Assembly: GCF_000009045.1 (NCBI RefSeq)
Contig: NC_000964.3
Coordinates: 1,200,001-1,232,000, forward strand
DNA from: Bacillus subtilis subsp. subtilis str. 168
Lineage (GTDB): Bacteria; Bacillota; Bacilli; Bacillales; Bacillaceae
DNA: 32,000 nucleotides
Direction: 5' to 3'
Shown piece after piece: positions 10,500 to 22,532 of this stretch. The translations under genes and the position numbers were made by a program. Numbering within the stretch: position 1 is the first letter of the stretch; each line of letters opens with the position of its first letter. The notes beneath the pieces were generated by a model. That model was given only the letters and a program-made list of their open reading frames with translations. It did not search any database and was not told where the DNA came from.

Positions 10500-11285
10500 A
10501 TGAGTGTAGAACAAACATATAGCTGGCTCAGGAAGGCCGGTTCAATAGATGATTTGGCGCATTACATTATCCCGCTTTTTTCAGGTGCGGAGAAAAAGAA
10601 CTGGAAGGGCATTCTGGGGCATCTTCAGCATCATGGGATGTTTAAAAACATAAAAGAGGGTATTCAGACGGTTTCCAAGCTGAAGGAAAAAGGTTTTTAC
10701 GGACATATCCAAAAGGAAGAACAGTACCTCAAAAACAAATGGCAAGGTCCTGATGTACCAATTGTTACGCTGCCGGTTGATGAACGAAACAGGAGAATCC
10801 GTTTAGAATTCGGATCAAAATCAGGACTCGCCTTTCAAGACAAAATGTTCCTTTTTCTTTCGTCAGATTTAGATTTTGGGTCGGTATCTGCCCTTATGAC
10901 GCATGAGTATCATCACGTTTGCCGGTTAGGTCATCTGACAAAAGAGGAAAAGGATGTCACATTACTTGATACAATCATCATGGAAGGGCTGGCGGAATAT
11001 GCTGTTTATGAGAGGTTCGGCCGAAGTCAAACGGCTGAATGGACGACTTGGTATACACCGGAACAGCTTCAGGCTTTATATGAAAAAAAGATTGCGCCCC
11101 ATCGGGATATCAAACGGGATAATCGATTATTTCCCCAGCTGTTATTCGGCAAAGGATATCAGCCAAAAATGCTTGGATACGCAGTTGGATTCAATATTGT
11201 AAAAAAATATTTAACCGCCAGCAAGGCAAGCACCGCAGACGGGCTGTCCATTCCTGCTGAGACCTTTTTGGATGCAATGCTTTAA
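10500..11285 (+). CDS. yjaZ: YjaZ, DUF2268-like putative Zn-dependent protease
   Basis: 261 aa from the ATG at 10500 with SD agaggaggcgatc; contains 'MTHEYHHVCRLG...' (HExxH) followed by 'IIMEGLAEY'. Confidence 0.85.
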   Translation: MSVEQTYSWLRKAGSIDDLAHYIIPLFSGAEKKNWKGILGHLQHHGMFKNIKEGIQTVSKLKEKGFYGHIQKEEQYLKNKWQGPDVPIVTLPVDERNRRIRLEFGSKSGLAFQDKMFLFLSSDLDFGSVSALMTHEYHHVCRLGHLTKEEKDVTLLDTIIMEGLAEYAVYERFGRSQTAEWTTWYTPEQLQALYEKKIAPHRDIKRDNRLFPQLLFGKGYQPKMLGYAVGFNIVKKYLTASKASTADGLSIPAETFLDAML

Positions 11286-11476
11286 AAGGATAAAATAATG
11301 GAATTTCATTAATAATATTACATTTATCCTAAAAAATTCTTGATTTTGCAAAATGATTGTAATAATATACAACTATAAAATTTTTCGATAATTCAATATT
11401 ATTTATTATTTCTGAATAAAGGGATTGCTTTCTCTTGAAAACGTTTGACAACAAGAGGGGGGAAAGGGGAGCTAGC

Positions 11477-12463
11477 ATGAGCACACTTTTAGAAGTGAAT
11501 AATTTAAAGACTTATTTTTTCAGGAAAAAGGAGCCGATCCCTGCGGTTGACGGAGTCGATTTTCACATCAGCAAAGGCGAAACCGTCGCGCTTGTAGGTG
11601 AATCGGGCTCCGGAAAAAGCATTACTTCTTTATCAATTATGGGCCTCGTCCAAAGCTCAGGCGGAAAAATCATGGACGGCTCTATTAAACTCGAAGACAA
11701 AGACCTCACCTCATTCACTGAAAACGATTATTGCAAAATCCGCGGTAACGAAGTATCCATGATCTTTCAGGAACCAATGACCTCCCTTAATCCGGTGTTA
11801 ACAATCGGAGAACAAATTACCGAAGTGCTGATTTACCATAAAAACATGAAGAAAAAAGAAGCCCGTCAACGAGCTGTTGAACTCTTGCAGATGGTCGGTT
11901 TCTCCCGGGCGGAGCAAATTATGAAGGAGTACCCGCATCGGCTGTCCGGCGGTATGAGACAGAGGGTGATGATTGCCATCGCACTGAGCTGTAATCCTAA
12001 ACTGCTCATTGCTGATGAACCAACGACAGCGCTGGACGTGACAATACAAGCCCAGGTGCTGGAGCTCATGAAAGATCTCTGTCAGAAGTTCAATACATCG
12101 ATTCTTCTCATCACACACGACTTAGGTGTCGTGTCTGAAGCTGCCGATAGAGTGATTGTCATGTACTGCGGACAAGTCGTAGAAAACGCCACTGTTGATG
12201 ACTTATTTTTAGAACCGCTTCATCCGTATACAGAAGGCCTGCTTACGTCAATTCCTGTTATAGATGGAGAGATTGATAAATTAAATGCGATTAAAGGCAG
12301 TGTGCCTACACCGGATAATCTGCCGCCGGGGTGCCGTTTTGCCCCAAGGTGCCCGAAAGCTATGGATAAGTGCTGGACAAATCAGCCTTCGCTTTTGACA
12401 CACAAAAGCGGAAGAACGGTGAGATGCTTTTTATATGAGGAAGAGGGTGCCGAACAATCATGA
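11477..12463 (+). CDS. appD: Oligopeptide ABC transporter ATP-binding protein AppD
   Basis: 328 aa; Walker A 'GESGSGKS', signature 'LSGGMRQR', Walker B '[12 protein letters not shown]'; SD aaaggggagcta before the ATG at 11477. Confidence 0.95.
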   Translation: MSTLLEVNNLKTYFFRKKEPIPAVDGVDFHISKGETVALVGESGSGKSITSLSIMGLVQSSGGKIMDGSIKLEDKDLTSFTENDYCKIRGNEVSMIFQEPMTSLNPVLTIGEQITEVLIYHKNMKKKEARQRAVELLQMVGFSRAEQIMKEYPHRLSGGMRQRVMIAIALSCNPKLLIADEPTTALDVTIQAQVLELMKDLCQKFNTSILLITHDLGVVSEAADRVIVMYCGQVVENATVDDLFLEPLHPYTEGLLTSIPVIDGEIDKLNAIKGSVPTPDNLPPGCRFAPRCPKAMDKCWTNQPSLLTHKSGRTVRCFLYEEEGAEQS

Positions 12464-13449
12464 CAGCAGCTAATCAAGAAACAATCTTAGAGCTTCGTGA
12501 CGTAAAAAAATACTTTCCGATCCGGTCAGGCCTTTTTCAAAGAAAAGTCGGTGATGTAAAAGCGGTGGATGGTGTTTCATTTTCGTTAAAAAAAGGAGAA
12601 ACACTCGGAATCGTTGGAGAGTCGGGCTGCGGAAAATCGACTGCCGGCAGAACGATGATCAGACTGTACAAACCGACAGAGGGCCAAATTCTTTTTAAAG
12701 GGCAGGATATTTCCAATCTGTCAGAGGAGAAGCTGCGGAAGAGTGTCCGCAAAAATATTCAAATGGTTTTCCAAGATCCATTTGCTTCGTTAAACCCGAG
12801 AAAGACCCTGCGTTCCATCATAAAGGAGCCGTTTAATACGCACAACATGTATACCATGCGTGAACGAAACGAAAAAGTTGAAGAGCTGCTTGCAAGAGTA
12901 GGGCTTCACCCGTCGTTTGCCGGCCGTTATCCCCATGAGTTTTCAGGCGGCCAGCGTCAGCGGATCGGCATTGCCAGAGCACTCACTTTGAATCCAGAGC
13001 TGATCATTGCAGATGAGCCGGTTTCCGCACTTGATGTATCCATTCAGGCCCAAGTGATTAACTTGATGGAGGAATTACAGGAAGAATTTAATCTTACGTA
13101 TCTATTTATCTCTCATGATCTGAGTGTCGTCCGCCATATCAGCGACAGAGTCGGAGTAATGTATCTTGGCAAAATGATGGAACTGACCGGCAAGCATGAG
13201 CTTTATGACAACCCGCTTCACCCATATACCCAAGCGCTTTTATCCTCCGTTCCGGTTACAAGAAAAAGAGGTTCTGTCAAACGTGAACGCATTGTCCTGA
13301 AGGGAGAACTGCCTAGTCCGGCCAACCCGCCAAAAGGCTGCGTATTCCACACAAGATGTCCTGTTGCAAAACCGATATGCAAGGAACAAATACCAGAATT
13401 TAAAGAAGCTGCTCCCAGCCACTTTGTGGCTTGTCACCTTTATAGCTAA
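12460..13449 (+). CDS. appF: Oligopeptide ABC transporter ATP-binding protein AppF
   Basis: 329 aa; 'GESGCGKST', '[15 protein letters not shown]', '[12 protein letters not shown]'; overlaps the appD stop (ATGA). Confidence 0.95.
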
Positions 13450-13536
13450 TGTTGCCCGCACAGCTTTGAGAGGGGGTATGCACACTACATAAACAACAGC
13501 CTAGAAGAACGAACATTTCAAGAGGGGGAATATCTA

Positions 13537-15167
13537 ATGAAAAGACGGAAAACCGCACTGATGATGCTAAGTGTATTGATGGTTCTGGCCATCTTTTTAT
13601 CAGCCTGCTCGGGATCAAAATCAAGCAACAGCAGCGCGAAAAAATCAGCAGGCAAACCGCAGCAAGGCGGGGATTTGGTTGTTGGTTCAATCGGAGAACC
13701 CACACTTTTTAACTCTCTGTATTCTACCGATGACGCAAGTACGGATATTGAAAATATGCTGTACAGCTTTTTAACGAAAACGGATGAAAAACTAAATGTG
13801 AAATTGTCACTCGCTGAAAGCATTAAAGAATTAGACGGCGGCCTTGCATATGATGTGAAAATTAAAAAAGGCGTTAAGTTTCATGACGGAAAAGAACTGA
13901 CTGCAGACGACGTCGTATTTACGTACAGTGTCCCTTTAAGCAAAGATTACAAGGGAGAACGCGGTTCAACATATGAAATGCTGAAATCCGTAGAAAAAAA
14001 GGCGATTACGAAGTCTTGTTTAAGCTGAAATATAAAGACGGTAATTTCTACAACAATGCGTTAGACAGCACAGCTATTCTGCCGAAACATATTCTCGGTA
14101 ATGTTCCGATTGCTGATTTAGAAGAAAATGAGTTTAACAGAAAGAAACCAATCGGTTCAGGACCATTTAAGTTTAAGGAATGGAAGCAGGGCCAATATAT
14201 TAAGCTCGAAGCGAATGATGATTACTTTGAAGGAAGACCGTATTTAGATACTGTGACGTATAAAGTCATTCCTGACGCAAATGCTGCCGTTGCTCAGCTG
14301 CAGGCAGGCGATATTAATTTCTTTAATGTGCCCGCCACTGACTACAAAACGGCTGAAAAATTCAACAACCTAAAAATCGTTACTGATTTGGCATTAAGTT
14401 ATGTGTACATCGGGTGGAATGAAAAAAATGAATTATTCAAGGATAAAAAGGTTCGTCAAGCGCTAACAACCGCTCTTGACCGCGAGTCAATCGTCAGCCA
14501 AGTATTAGATGGAGACGGCGAGGTAGCTTACATTCCGGAAAGCCCTTTATCTTGGAACTATCCTAAAGATATAGATGTTCCGAAATTTGAGTACAACGAG
14601 AAAAAAGCGAAACAGATGCTTGCAGAAGCCGGCTGGAAAGATACGAACGGTGACGGCATTCTGGATAAAGACGGAAAGAAATTCTCGTTTACCCTTAAAA
14701 CGAACCAAGGAAACAAAGTCCGTGAAGACATCGCTGTCGTCGTTCAGGAACAGCTGAAAAAAATCGGCATTGAAGTGAAAACCCAGATCGTTGAATGGAG
14801 CGCTCTCGTTGAACAAATGAATCCTCCGAATTGGGATTTTGATGCAATGGTCATGGGATGGAGTTTATCCACATTCCCGGATCAATATGATATTTTCCAT
14901 TCAAGCCAGATTAAAAAGGGTTTGAACTACGTTTGGTATAAAAATGCCGAAGCGGATAAACTCATGAAAGATGCAAAATCAATCAGTGACAGAAAGCAGT
15001 ATTCAAAAGAATATGAGCAAATCTATCAAAAAATTGCGGAAGATCAGCCGTATACGTTCTTGTATTATCCTAACAACCATATGGCAATGCCGGAAAATCT
15101 TGAAGGATACAAATATCATCCGAAACGTGATTTGTATAATATTGAAAAATGGTGGCTTGCAAAATAA
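13537..15167 (+). pseudogene. appA: Oligopeptide-binding lipoprotein AppA interrupted by a -1-type frameshift (13537..14028 and 14016..15167)
   Basis: First ORF: signal peptide plus lipobox 'FLSACSGS' and SBP_bac_5 N-terminal domain, ends '...VEKKAITKSCLS*'. Second ORF continues the family as 'FKLKYKDGNFYNNALDSTAILPKH...'. The join is at the A7 run 13994-14000; one extra A would give SVEKKGDYEVLFKLKYKDG. Confidence 0.93.
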
Positions 15168-15182
15168 ATTTCCCTTAAAGGG

Positions 15183-15215
15183 GAGGGAGAGCGTTTTCTC
15201 CCTCTTCTGTTTTTA
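15183..15215 (+). terminator. Terminator-like or stabilising hairpin between appA and appB
   Basis: GAGGGAGA (15183-15190) - gcgttt - TCTCCCTC (15197-15204) followed by ttctgttttt. Confidence 0.6.
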
Positions 15216-15242
15216 ATAAGGAAAGTAAAGGGGGACAAGTAT

Positions 15243-16193
15243 ATGGCTGCATATATTATCAGAAGAACCTTAATGTCTATCCCGATTTTATTGGGAATTA
15301 CGATTTTATCATTTGTTATCATGAAAGCCGCGCCCGGAGATCCGATGACATTAATGATGGACCCGAAAATCAGCCAGGCTGACAGAGAGCAGTTTATTGA
15401 AAAATACGGTCTGAATGATCCTCAGTACGTTCAATATTTAAAGTGGCTAGGCAACATGGTGCAGGGTGATTTCGGAACGTCTATTGTCAGAAAAGGAACG
15501 CCTGTTTCAGAATTGATTATGGCAAGACTACCCAATACGCTCCTGCTGATGCTGGTTTCAACGATTTTGGCTCTTATGATTTCTATTCCGTTCGGTGTCC
15601 TGTCGGCAAAGCGGCCGTATTCAAAAATCGACTATGGCATTACATTTACCTCGTTTATAGGCCTGGCTATTCCAAACTTTTGGTTTGGATTAATTTTGAT
15701 TATGGTGTTATCGGTAAATCTCGGCTGGTTTCCAACTGGGGGTGTCGAGACACTGAATACCGAATTCAATATATTTGACCGGATTCATCATTTAATTCTG
15801 CCTGCATTCGTTCTAGCTACAGCTGACATGGCCGGACTGACGAGATACACGAGATCCAATATGCTTGATGTATTAAATCAAGATTATATTCGCACAGCGA
15901 GAGCAAAAGGATTTAAAGAGAACAGAGTGCTATTTAAACATGGATTGAGGAATGCATTATTACCCGTCATTACAATTTTCGGTTTGATGATTCCTTCATT
16001 TATCGGCGGATCTGTCGTTGTCGAACAAATTTTCACTTGGCCGGGATTAGGAAAGCTGTTTGTCGATTCAGCATTCCAGCGCGATTATCCGGTTATCATG
16101 GCAATGACTGTGATCTCGGCGGTTCTTGTCGTTGTCGGAAACCTCATTGCAGACATCCTTTACGCGATTGTTGATCCGCGGATCGAATATTAA
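15243..16193 (+). CDS. appB: Oligopeptide ABC transporter permease AppB
   Basis: 316 aa BPD-transport permease; '[26 protein letters not shown]' EAA loop; SD aaagggg. Confidence 0.95.
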
Positions 16194-16209
16194 AAGGAGG
16201 GAAACAGAG

Positions 16210-17121
16210 ATGTCAGAGCTGCAAACAACTCCCTCGCCGGAGATCAGGCTGAAAGAAAATATTTCGAAAAAGCCAGAAACAATGACAAAGATTTTCTGGG
16301 AAAAATTCTCGAAAAACAAACTGGCCATTTTAGGTGCCGTTATTCTTTTTATCATTATTATGTCTGCTGTTTTCGCCCCTTTAATTGCACCTTATCCCCA
16401 AGAGCAGCAAAGCCTGCTTGATAAATATAAGGCGCCGGGCCTTGAACATCTGATGGGAACGGATAAATTTGGACGTGATATTTTCAGCCGGATCCTATAT
16501 GGAGCGCGTGTCTCTTTATTGGTTGGATTTGCGTCCGTAGTCGGTTCGATTTTGATCGGAACGGTTTTAGGAGCATTAGCCGGATATTTCAGAGGAATAG
16601 TGGATGCTGTCATTATGCGTGTAGTTGACATTGTGTTATCCATTCCTGATATTTTCTTGTTGATCACGCTGGTCACCATCTTCAAGCCGGGTGTGGACAA
16701 ATTGATTTTAATTTTCTGTCTCACAGGATGGACCACAACAGCACGATTAGTAAGGGGAGAATTCTTGTCGCTCCGTTCAAGGGAATATGTTCTTGCTGCT
16801 AAAACAATTGGAACAAAAACGCACAAAATTATTTTTTCTCATATCCTGCCCAATGCGTTAGGGCCGATTATCGTGTCAGCTACGCTGAAAGTTGGGTCTG
16901 TTATTCTAGCTGAATCGGCGCTAAGCTACTTGGGCTTTGGAATCCAGCCGCCAATCGCTAGCTGGGGGAACATGCTTCAAGACGCACAGAATTTCACAGT
17001 AATGATTCAAGCATGGTGGTACCCGTTATTTCCCGGGCTATTTATTTTAATGACCGTTTTATGCTTCAACTTTGTCGGTGATGGCCTGCGGGATGCGCTT
17101 GACCCGAAAAATATTAAATAA
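16210..17121 (+). CDS. appC: Oligopeptide ABC transporter permease AppC
   Basis: 303 aa from the ATG at 16210 with SD aaaggaggg; N-terminal OppC-type segment and EAA loop '[25 protein letters not shown]'. Confidence 0.95.
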
Positions 17122-17161
17122 AAATGAATATCATATCTGTTATAAAATATCACCAAATCAG

Positions 17162-17213
17162 AAAAAAGCAGGTCTCCTTTAGTCAGAAAATATACAAAGA
17201 GATCTGCTTTTTA
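17162..17213 (+). terminator. Terminator of the app operon
   Basis: aaaaaagcaggtctccttt ... aaagagatctgctttttt imperfect inverted repeat ending in a T run. Confidence 0.65.
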
Positions 17214-17325
17214 TGATTCTTACATAAACCCAGTGATTCCAGATTTCCTCAATCTCTTTGGAATAATTTCTCTATCCCTTGCCTATACTGTGGACAACAG
17301 TTTTTATAAAAGTGAGGGGTTAGAG

Positions 17326-18078
17326 ATGTTATTTCTTCATGATGTGTGGGTCAATTGGTTTGAAGGGGAAGAAAATGGCTACAATGTATGCCACTTTCAC
17401 GAATGGCGCAAGGAAGATACGGTTGAGCTTTTGGATCAGGTGCCGCTGTTAAGGGTGCCGTCAGTACTGTTTCATTACATAGAAAACGATTTGTCAGAGC
17501 TTCCGAAAGGTTTGCTTGAAGACGTACATCAGAAATCGTACATTCGAAAAAATCATGAGCGGACAAAGCTTGAGTATTGTTTTGTCGTAACAGACGGAAT
17601 CGGCATTTTAGCTGTTGACACGATCGGCTACACGATCCCTGTCAGAAAAAGCCGTCTAATCCCAAGACAGGAGCAGCTCGTTTATGAAATGGTAAAAGAT
17701 GTAGAGCCTGAAACATATGAATTTGAGCCAAAGAAGCTGGAATCCTCCAAGGAATATCACATCTTATCATTAGCACCAGAACATGTCAGAGGACTGACAA
17801 GAAAAGAACGGCAAATTAAGCAGCTGATGTTTATGGCGCTTGACCAATTAAAAGGGCTGAAAAACCGAGCGGAAATTGGCTACTGGTACACAGAGTGGAA
17901 TCCGCATATGTATGAACAAATCAAAAGGATGAGCTTTGAAGAGATTTGGGACATGCTGTATAACGAAACAATTGAAGGCTGGTCGGACAAACACCTAGCT
18001 TTTTGCGAAAACCTAATAAAAGGACAGCCTTTTTTCGAAAAGCTTTGGGAAATGGAAAACGAATCAAAGGTCAACTGA
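17326..18078 (+). CDS. yjbA: Conserved protein YjbA (UPF0736-like), 250 aa
   Basis: ATG at 17326 with gaggggttagag SD; [31 protein letters not shown]... Confidence 0.85.
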   Translation: MLFLHDVWVNWFEGEENGYNVCHFHEWRKEDTVELLDQVPLLRVPSVLFHYIENDLSELPKGLLEDVHQKSYIRKNHERTKLEYCFVVTDGIGILAVDTIGYTIPVRKSRLIPRQEQLVYEMVKDVEPETYEFEPKKLESSKEYHILSLAPEHVRGLTRKERQIKQLMFMALDQLKGLKNRAEIGYWYTEWNPHMYEQIKRMSFEEIWDMLYNETIEGWSDKHLAFCENLIKGQPFFEKLWEMENESKVN

Positions 18079-18112
18079 AAAAAACCGCTCTTTGCAAAGA
18101 GCGGTTTTTTGA
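18078..18112. terminator. Bidirectional terminator between convergent yjbA and trpS
   Basis: aaaaaaaccgctctttgcaaagagcggttttttga perfect palindrome. Confidence 0.92.
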
Positions 18113-19388
<1,276 letters not shown>

Positions 19389-19394
19389 TGCTTC

Positions 19395-19423
19395 ATTATA
19401 AATCAATTATAACCAATTGTCAT
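19395..19423 (-). promoter_or_regulatory. SigA promoter for trpS leader
   Basis: On the minus strand ATGACA - 17 nt - TATAAT. Confidence 0.75.
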
Positions 19424-19666
19424 CATGAAAAAACATTCTTTTTTCCAGTAAAATTGTAATAATATAAATAACACGAGTGCTGTAAAATCCTTAAATGATA
19501 ACTGCTATCAGCGTAAAAACAGGCAGATATTATATGTAAAAAGCAATATGGGCAGAAAACACATGAAAAAGTTTTTAATCAATTTATGCTTTAAATGGTA
19601 GAAGGATATTATGTTCATGGAAGAAAAACTAACGAAGTTTAAATATTTTAAATTGATAAAATAATA

Positions 19667-19695
19667 TTGCAATAAATTATTTGTTTCATTATAAT
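19667..19695 (+). promoter_or_regulatory. SigA promoter for the opp operon, overlapped by a ScoC/Hpr-like motif
   Basis: TTGCAA (19667-19672) - 17 nt - TATAAT (19690-19695); AATAATATT (19660-19668) fits the ScoC consensus RATANTATY. Confidence 0.7.
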
Positions 19696-19848
19696 GAACT
19701 TGTTCACTCTATTGTTACAGCTTTTTTACAAAAATAATCAGAAAAGACGGAACAGAATAAAAGTTGTGGAAACTCAGGTTCATTTGTCTGATATTTCTGA
19801 GGATTTAGCCGTAAGGAGCTGAAAATTATTATTAGGGGGTTTGCGAAT

Positions 19849-21486
19849 ATGAAAAAACGTTGGTCGATTGTCACGTTGATGCTCATTTTCACTCTCGTGC
19901 TGAGCGCGTGCGGCTTTGGCGGCAGCGGATCAAACGGTGAAGGGAAAAAGGACAGTAAAGGAAAGACGACACTTAACATTAATATTAAAACTGAGCCGTT
20001 CTCCTTACATCCGGGATTGGCAAATGATTCAGTATCAGGCGGTGTTATCCGTCAGACTTTTGAAGGATTGACACGTATCAATGCAGATGGTGAGCCTGAA
20101 GAAGGCATGGCTTCTAAAATTGAAACGAGCAAGGACGGAAAGACATATACATTTACCATTCGTGATGGTGTGAAATGGTCTAATGGAGACCCTGTAACTG
20201 CACAAGATTTTGAATATGCTTGGAAATGGGCGCTTGACCCTAATAATGAATCACAATACGCTTACCAGCTCTACTACATAAAAGGTGCTGAAGCGGCGAA
20301 TACCGGAAAAGGCAGCCTAGACGATGTGGCAGTAAAAGCTGTGAATGACAAAACGCTGAAGGTTGAATTAAATAACCCGACTCCATATTTCACTGAATTA
20401 ACTGCGTTCTATACGTATATGCCGATCAATAAGAAAATTGCAGAGAAAAATAAAAAGTGGAATACAAATGCCGGAGATGATTATGTATCAAACGGGCCGT
20501 TCAAAATGACGGCATGGAAACACAGCGGCTCTATTACTCTCGAAAAAAATGACCAGTATTGGGATAAAGACAAAGTCAAACTGAAGAAAATCGATATGGT
20601 TATGATCAACAATAACAATACGGAACTAAAAAAATTCCAAGCTGGCGAACTTGATTGGGCCGGTATGCCGCTCGGACAGCTTCCGACAGAATCCCTGCCG
20701 ACCCTGAAAAAAGACGGTTCTTTACATGTTGAGCCGATTGCAGGAGTGTATTGGTACAAATTCAACACTGAAGCTAAGCCATTAGACAACGTCAATATCC
20801 GTAAAGCTTTAACATATTCGCTTGACCGTCAGTCGATTGTTAAAAACGTTACGCAAGGAGAGCAAATCCCGGCAATGGCTGCAGTGCCGCCTACAATGAA
20901 GGGATTTGAGGATAACAAAGAAGGATACTTCAAAGACAATGATGTCAAAACAGCAAAAGAATACCTTGAAAAAGGCCTAAAAGAAATGGGCTTAAGCAAG
21001 GCATCTGATTTGCCAAAAATCAAATTGTCTTACAACACTGATGACGCACACGCGAAAATCGCTCAAGCAGTACAAGAAATGTGGAAGAAAAATTTAGGCG
21101 TTGATGTTGAGCTTGATAACTCAGAGTGGAATGTCTATATTGATAAGCTCCACAGCCAAGATTATCAAATCGGCCGTATGGGCTGGCTCGGCGACTTCAA
21201 TGATCCTATCAACTTCCTTGAATTGTTCCGCGACAAAAACGGAGGAAATAACGATACAGGCTGGGAAAATCCAGAATTCAAAAAGCTTCTGAATCAGTCA
21301 CAAACTGAAACAGATAAAACAAAACGTGCAGAGCTGCTGAAAAAAGCAGAAGGTATTTTCATTGATGAAATGCCGGTTGCCCCAATCTATTTCTATACTG
21401 ATACTTGGGTACAGGATGAAAACCTAAAAGGTGTTATCATGCCAGGTACTGGTGAGGTTTATTTCAGAAACGCATATTTTAAATAA
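19849..21486 (+). CDS. oppA: Oligopeptide-binding lipoprotein OppA (Spo0KA)
   Basis: 545 aa; lipobox 'VLSACGFGG'; SBP_bac_5 domain 'DPVTAQDFEYAWKWALDPNNES...'. Confidence 0.97.
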   Translation: MKKRWSIVTLMLIFTLVLSACGFGGSGSNGEGKKDSKGKTTLNINIKTEPFSLHPGLANDSVSGGVIRQTFEGLTRINADGEPEEGMASKIETSKDGKTYTFTIRDGVKWSNGDPVTAQDFEYAWKWALDPNNESQYAYQLYYIKGAEAANTGKGSLDDVAVKAVNDKTLKVELNNPTPYFTELTAFYTYMPINKKIAEKNKKWNTNAGDDYVSNGPFKMTAWKHSGSITLEKNDQYWDKDKVKLKKIDMVMINNNNTELKKFQAGELDWAGMPLGQLPTESLPTLKKDGSLHVEPIAGVYWYKFNTEAKPLDNVNIRKALTYSLDRQSIVKNVTQGEQIPAMAAVPPTMKGFEDNKEGYFKDNDVKTAKEYLEKGLKEMGLSKASDLPKIKLSYNTDDAHAKIAQAVQEMWKKNLGVDVELDNSEWNVYIDKLHSQDYQIGRMGWLGDFNDPINFLELFRDKNGGNNDTGWENPEFKKLLNQSQTETDKTKRAELLKKAEGIFIDEMPVAPIYFYTDTWVQDENLKGVIMPGTGEVYFRNAYFK

Positions 21487-21513
21487 GGCTACGTCTGAAA
21501 ATAAAAGACCTCA

Positions 21514-21544
21514 AGGTATATGGGGAGAAAAGCCCCATATACCT
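21514..21544 (+). repeat. Perfect 12-bp intergenic hairpin between oppA and oppB
   Basis: AGGTATATGGGG (21514-21525) - agaaaag - CCCCATATACCT (21533-21544); followed by ttcttactg rather than a long T run. Confidence 0.9.
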
Positions 21545-21593
21545 TTCTTACTGATGGAGTATAAAAATGTAAAAACCATGGAGGTGTTCCCCC

Positions 21594-22529
21594 TTGCTAA
21601 AATATATCGGAAGACGCTTAGTCTATATGATTATCACACTATTTGTGATTGTAACTGTGACATTCTTCTTAATGCAAGCAGCACCGGGCGGGCCATTTTC
21701 AGGTGAGAAAAAGCTTCCGCCTGAAATTGAAGCAAATTTAAATGCGCATTATGGCTTGGACAAGCCGCTGTTTGTACAATATGTCAGTTATTTGAAATCA
21801 GTTGCAATGTGGGATTTCGGACCGTCATTTAAATATAAAGGTCAGAGTGTTAACGACCTGATCAGTTCAGGTTTCCCCGTTTCATTTACTCTTGGAGCAG
21901 AAGCTATTCTCCTCGCTTTAGCGTTAGGTGTATTGTTTGGGGTCATTGCAGCCCTTTACCATAATAAGTGGCAGGATTATACCGTCGCGATTTTAACGAT
22001 ATTTGGTATTTCGGTTCCGAGCTTTATCATGGCGGCTGTTCTGCAATATGTGTTCTCCATGAAGCTTGGGCTGTTTCCGGTCGCGGGGTGGGATTCCTGG
22101 GCATACACCTTTTTGCCTTCCATCGCACTTGCTTCCATGCCGATGGCGTTTATTGCCAGACTTTCCCGTTCAAGCATGATCGAAGTGTTAAACAGTGATT
22201 ATATCCGCACAGCGAAAGCGAAAGGGCTTTCCCGCCCAGCGGTTACAGTGCGGCACGCCATTCGAAACGCACTTTTGCCGGTTGTTACATATATGGGCCC
22301 GATGGCCGCACAGGTCTTAACGGGGAGCTTCATTATTGAAACCATTTTTGGGATTCCGGGGCTTGGTGCACACTTCGTCAACAGTATTACAAACCGTGAT
22401 TATACGGTCATTATGGGTGTAACGGTGTTCTTCAGTGTCATCTTGCTATTGTGTGTATTAATCGTAGATGTGTTATACGGCATTATTGATCCAAGAATCA
22501 AGCTTTCCAAAGCAAAGAAAGGAGCCTAG
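21594..22529 (+). CDS. oppB: Oligopeptide ABC transporter permease OppB
   Basis: 311 aa, apparent TTG start after ggaggtg SD; EAA loop '[29 protein letters not shown]'. Confidence 0.96.
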
Positions 22530-22532
22530 GCC

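Noticed and set aside
13450-13536. Searched the appF-appA gap for an attenuator or small ORF
   Set aside because: No convincing inverted repeat with a T run and no ORF with an SD other than appA itself.
15116-15322. 68-aa minus-strand ORF over the appA-appB junction
   Set aside because: Overlaps two coding ends and the hairpin; basic low-complexity product.
16392-16826. 144-aa minus-strand ORF opposite appC
   Set aside because: Antisense to a conserved permease, no supporting RBS or family.
19440-19660. Long AT-rich gap between the trpS promoter and the opp promoter as a possible hidden small RNA or ORF
   Set aside because: Only short AT-rich frames and no terminator-like hairpin with a T run; could hold regulator sites but nothing supportable from sequence alone.
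21431-21706. 91-aa plus-strand ORF spanning the oppA end, hairpin and oppB start
   Set aside because: It overlaps two well-defined genes out of frame and crosses the intergenic hairpin; no SD at its start.
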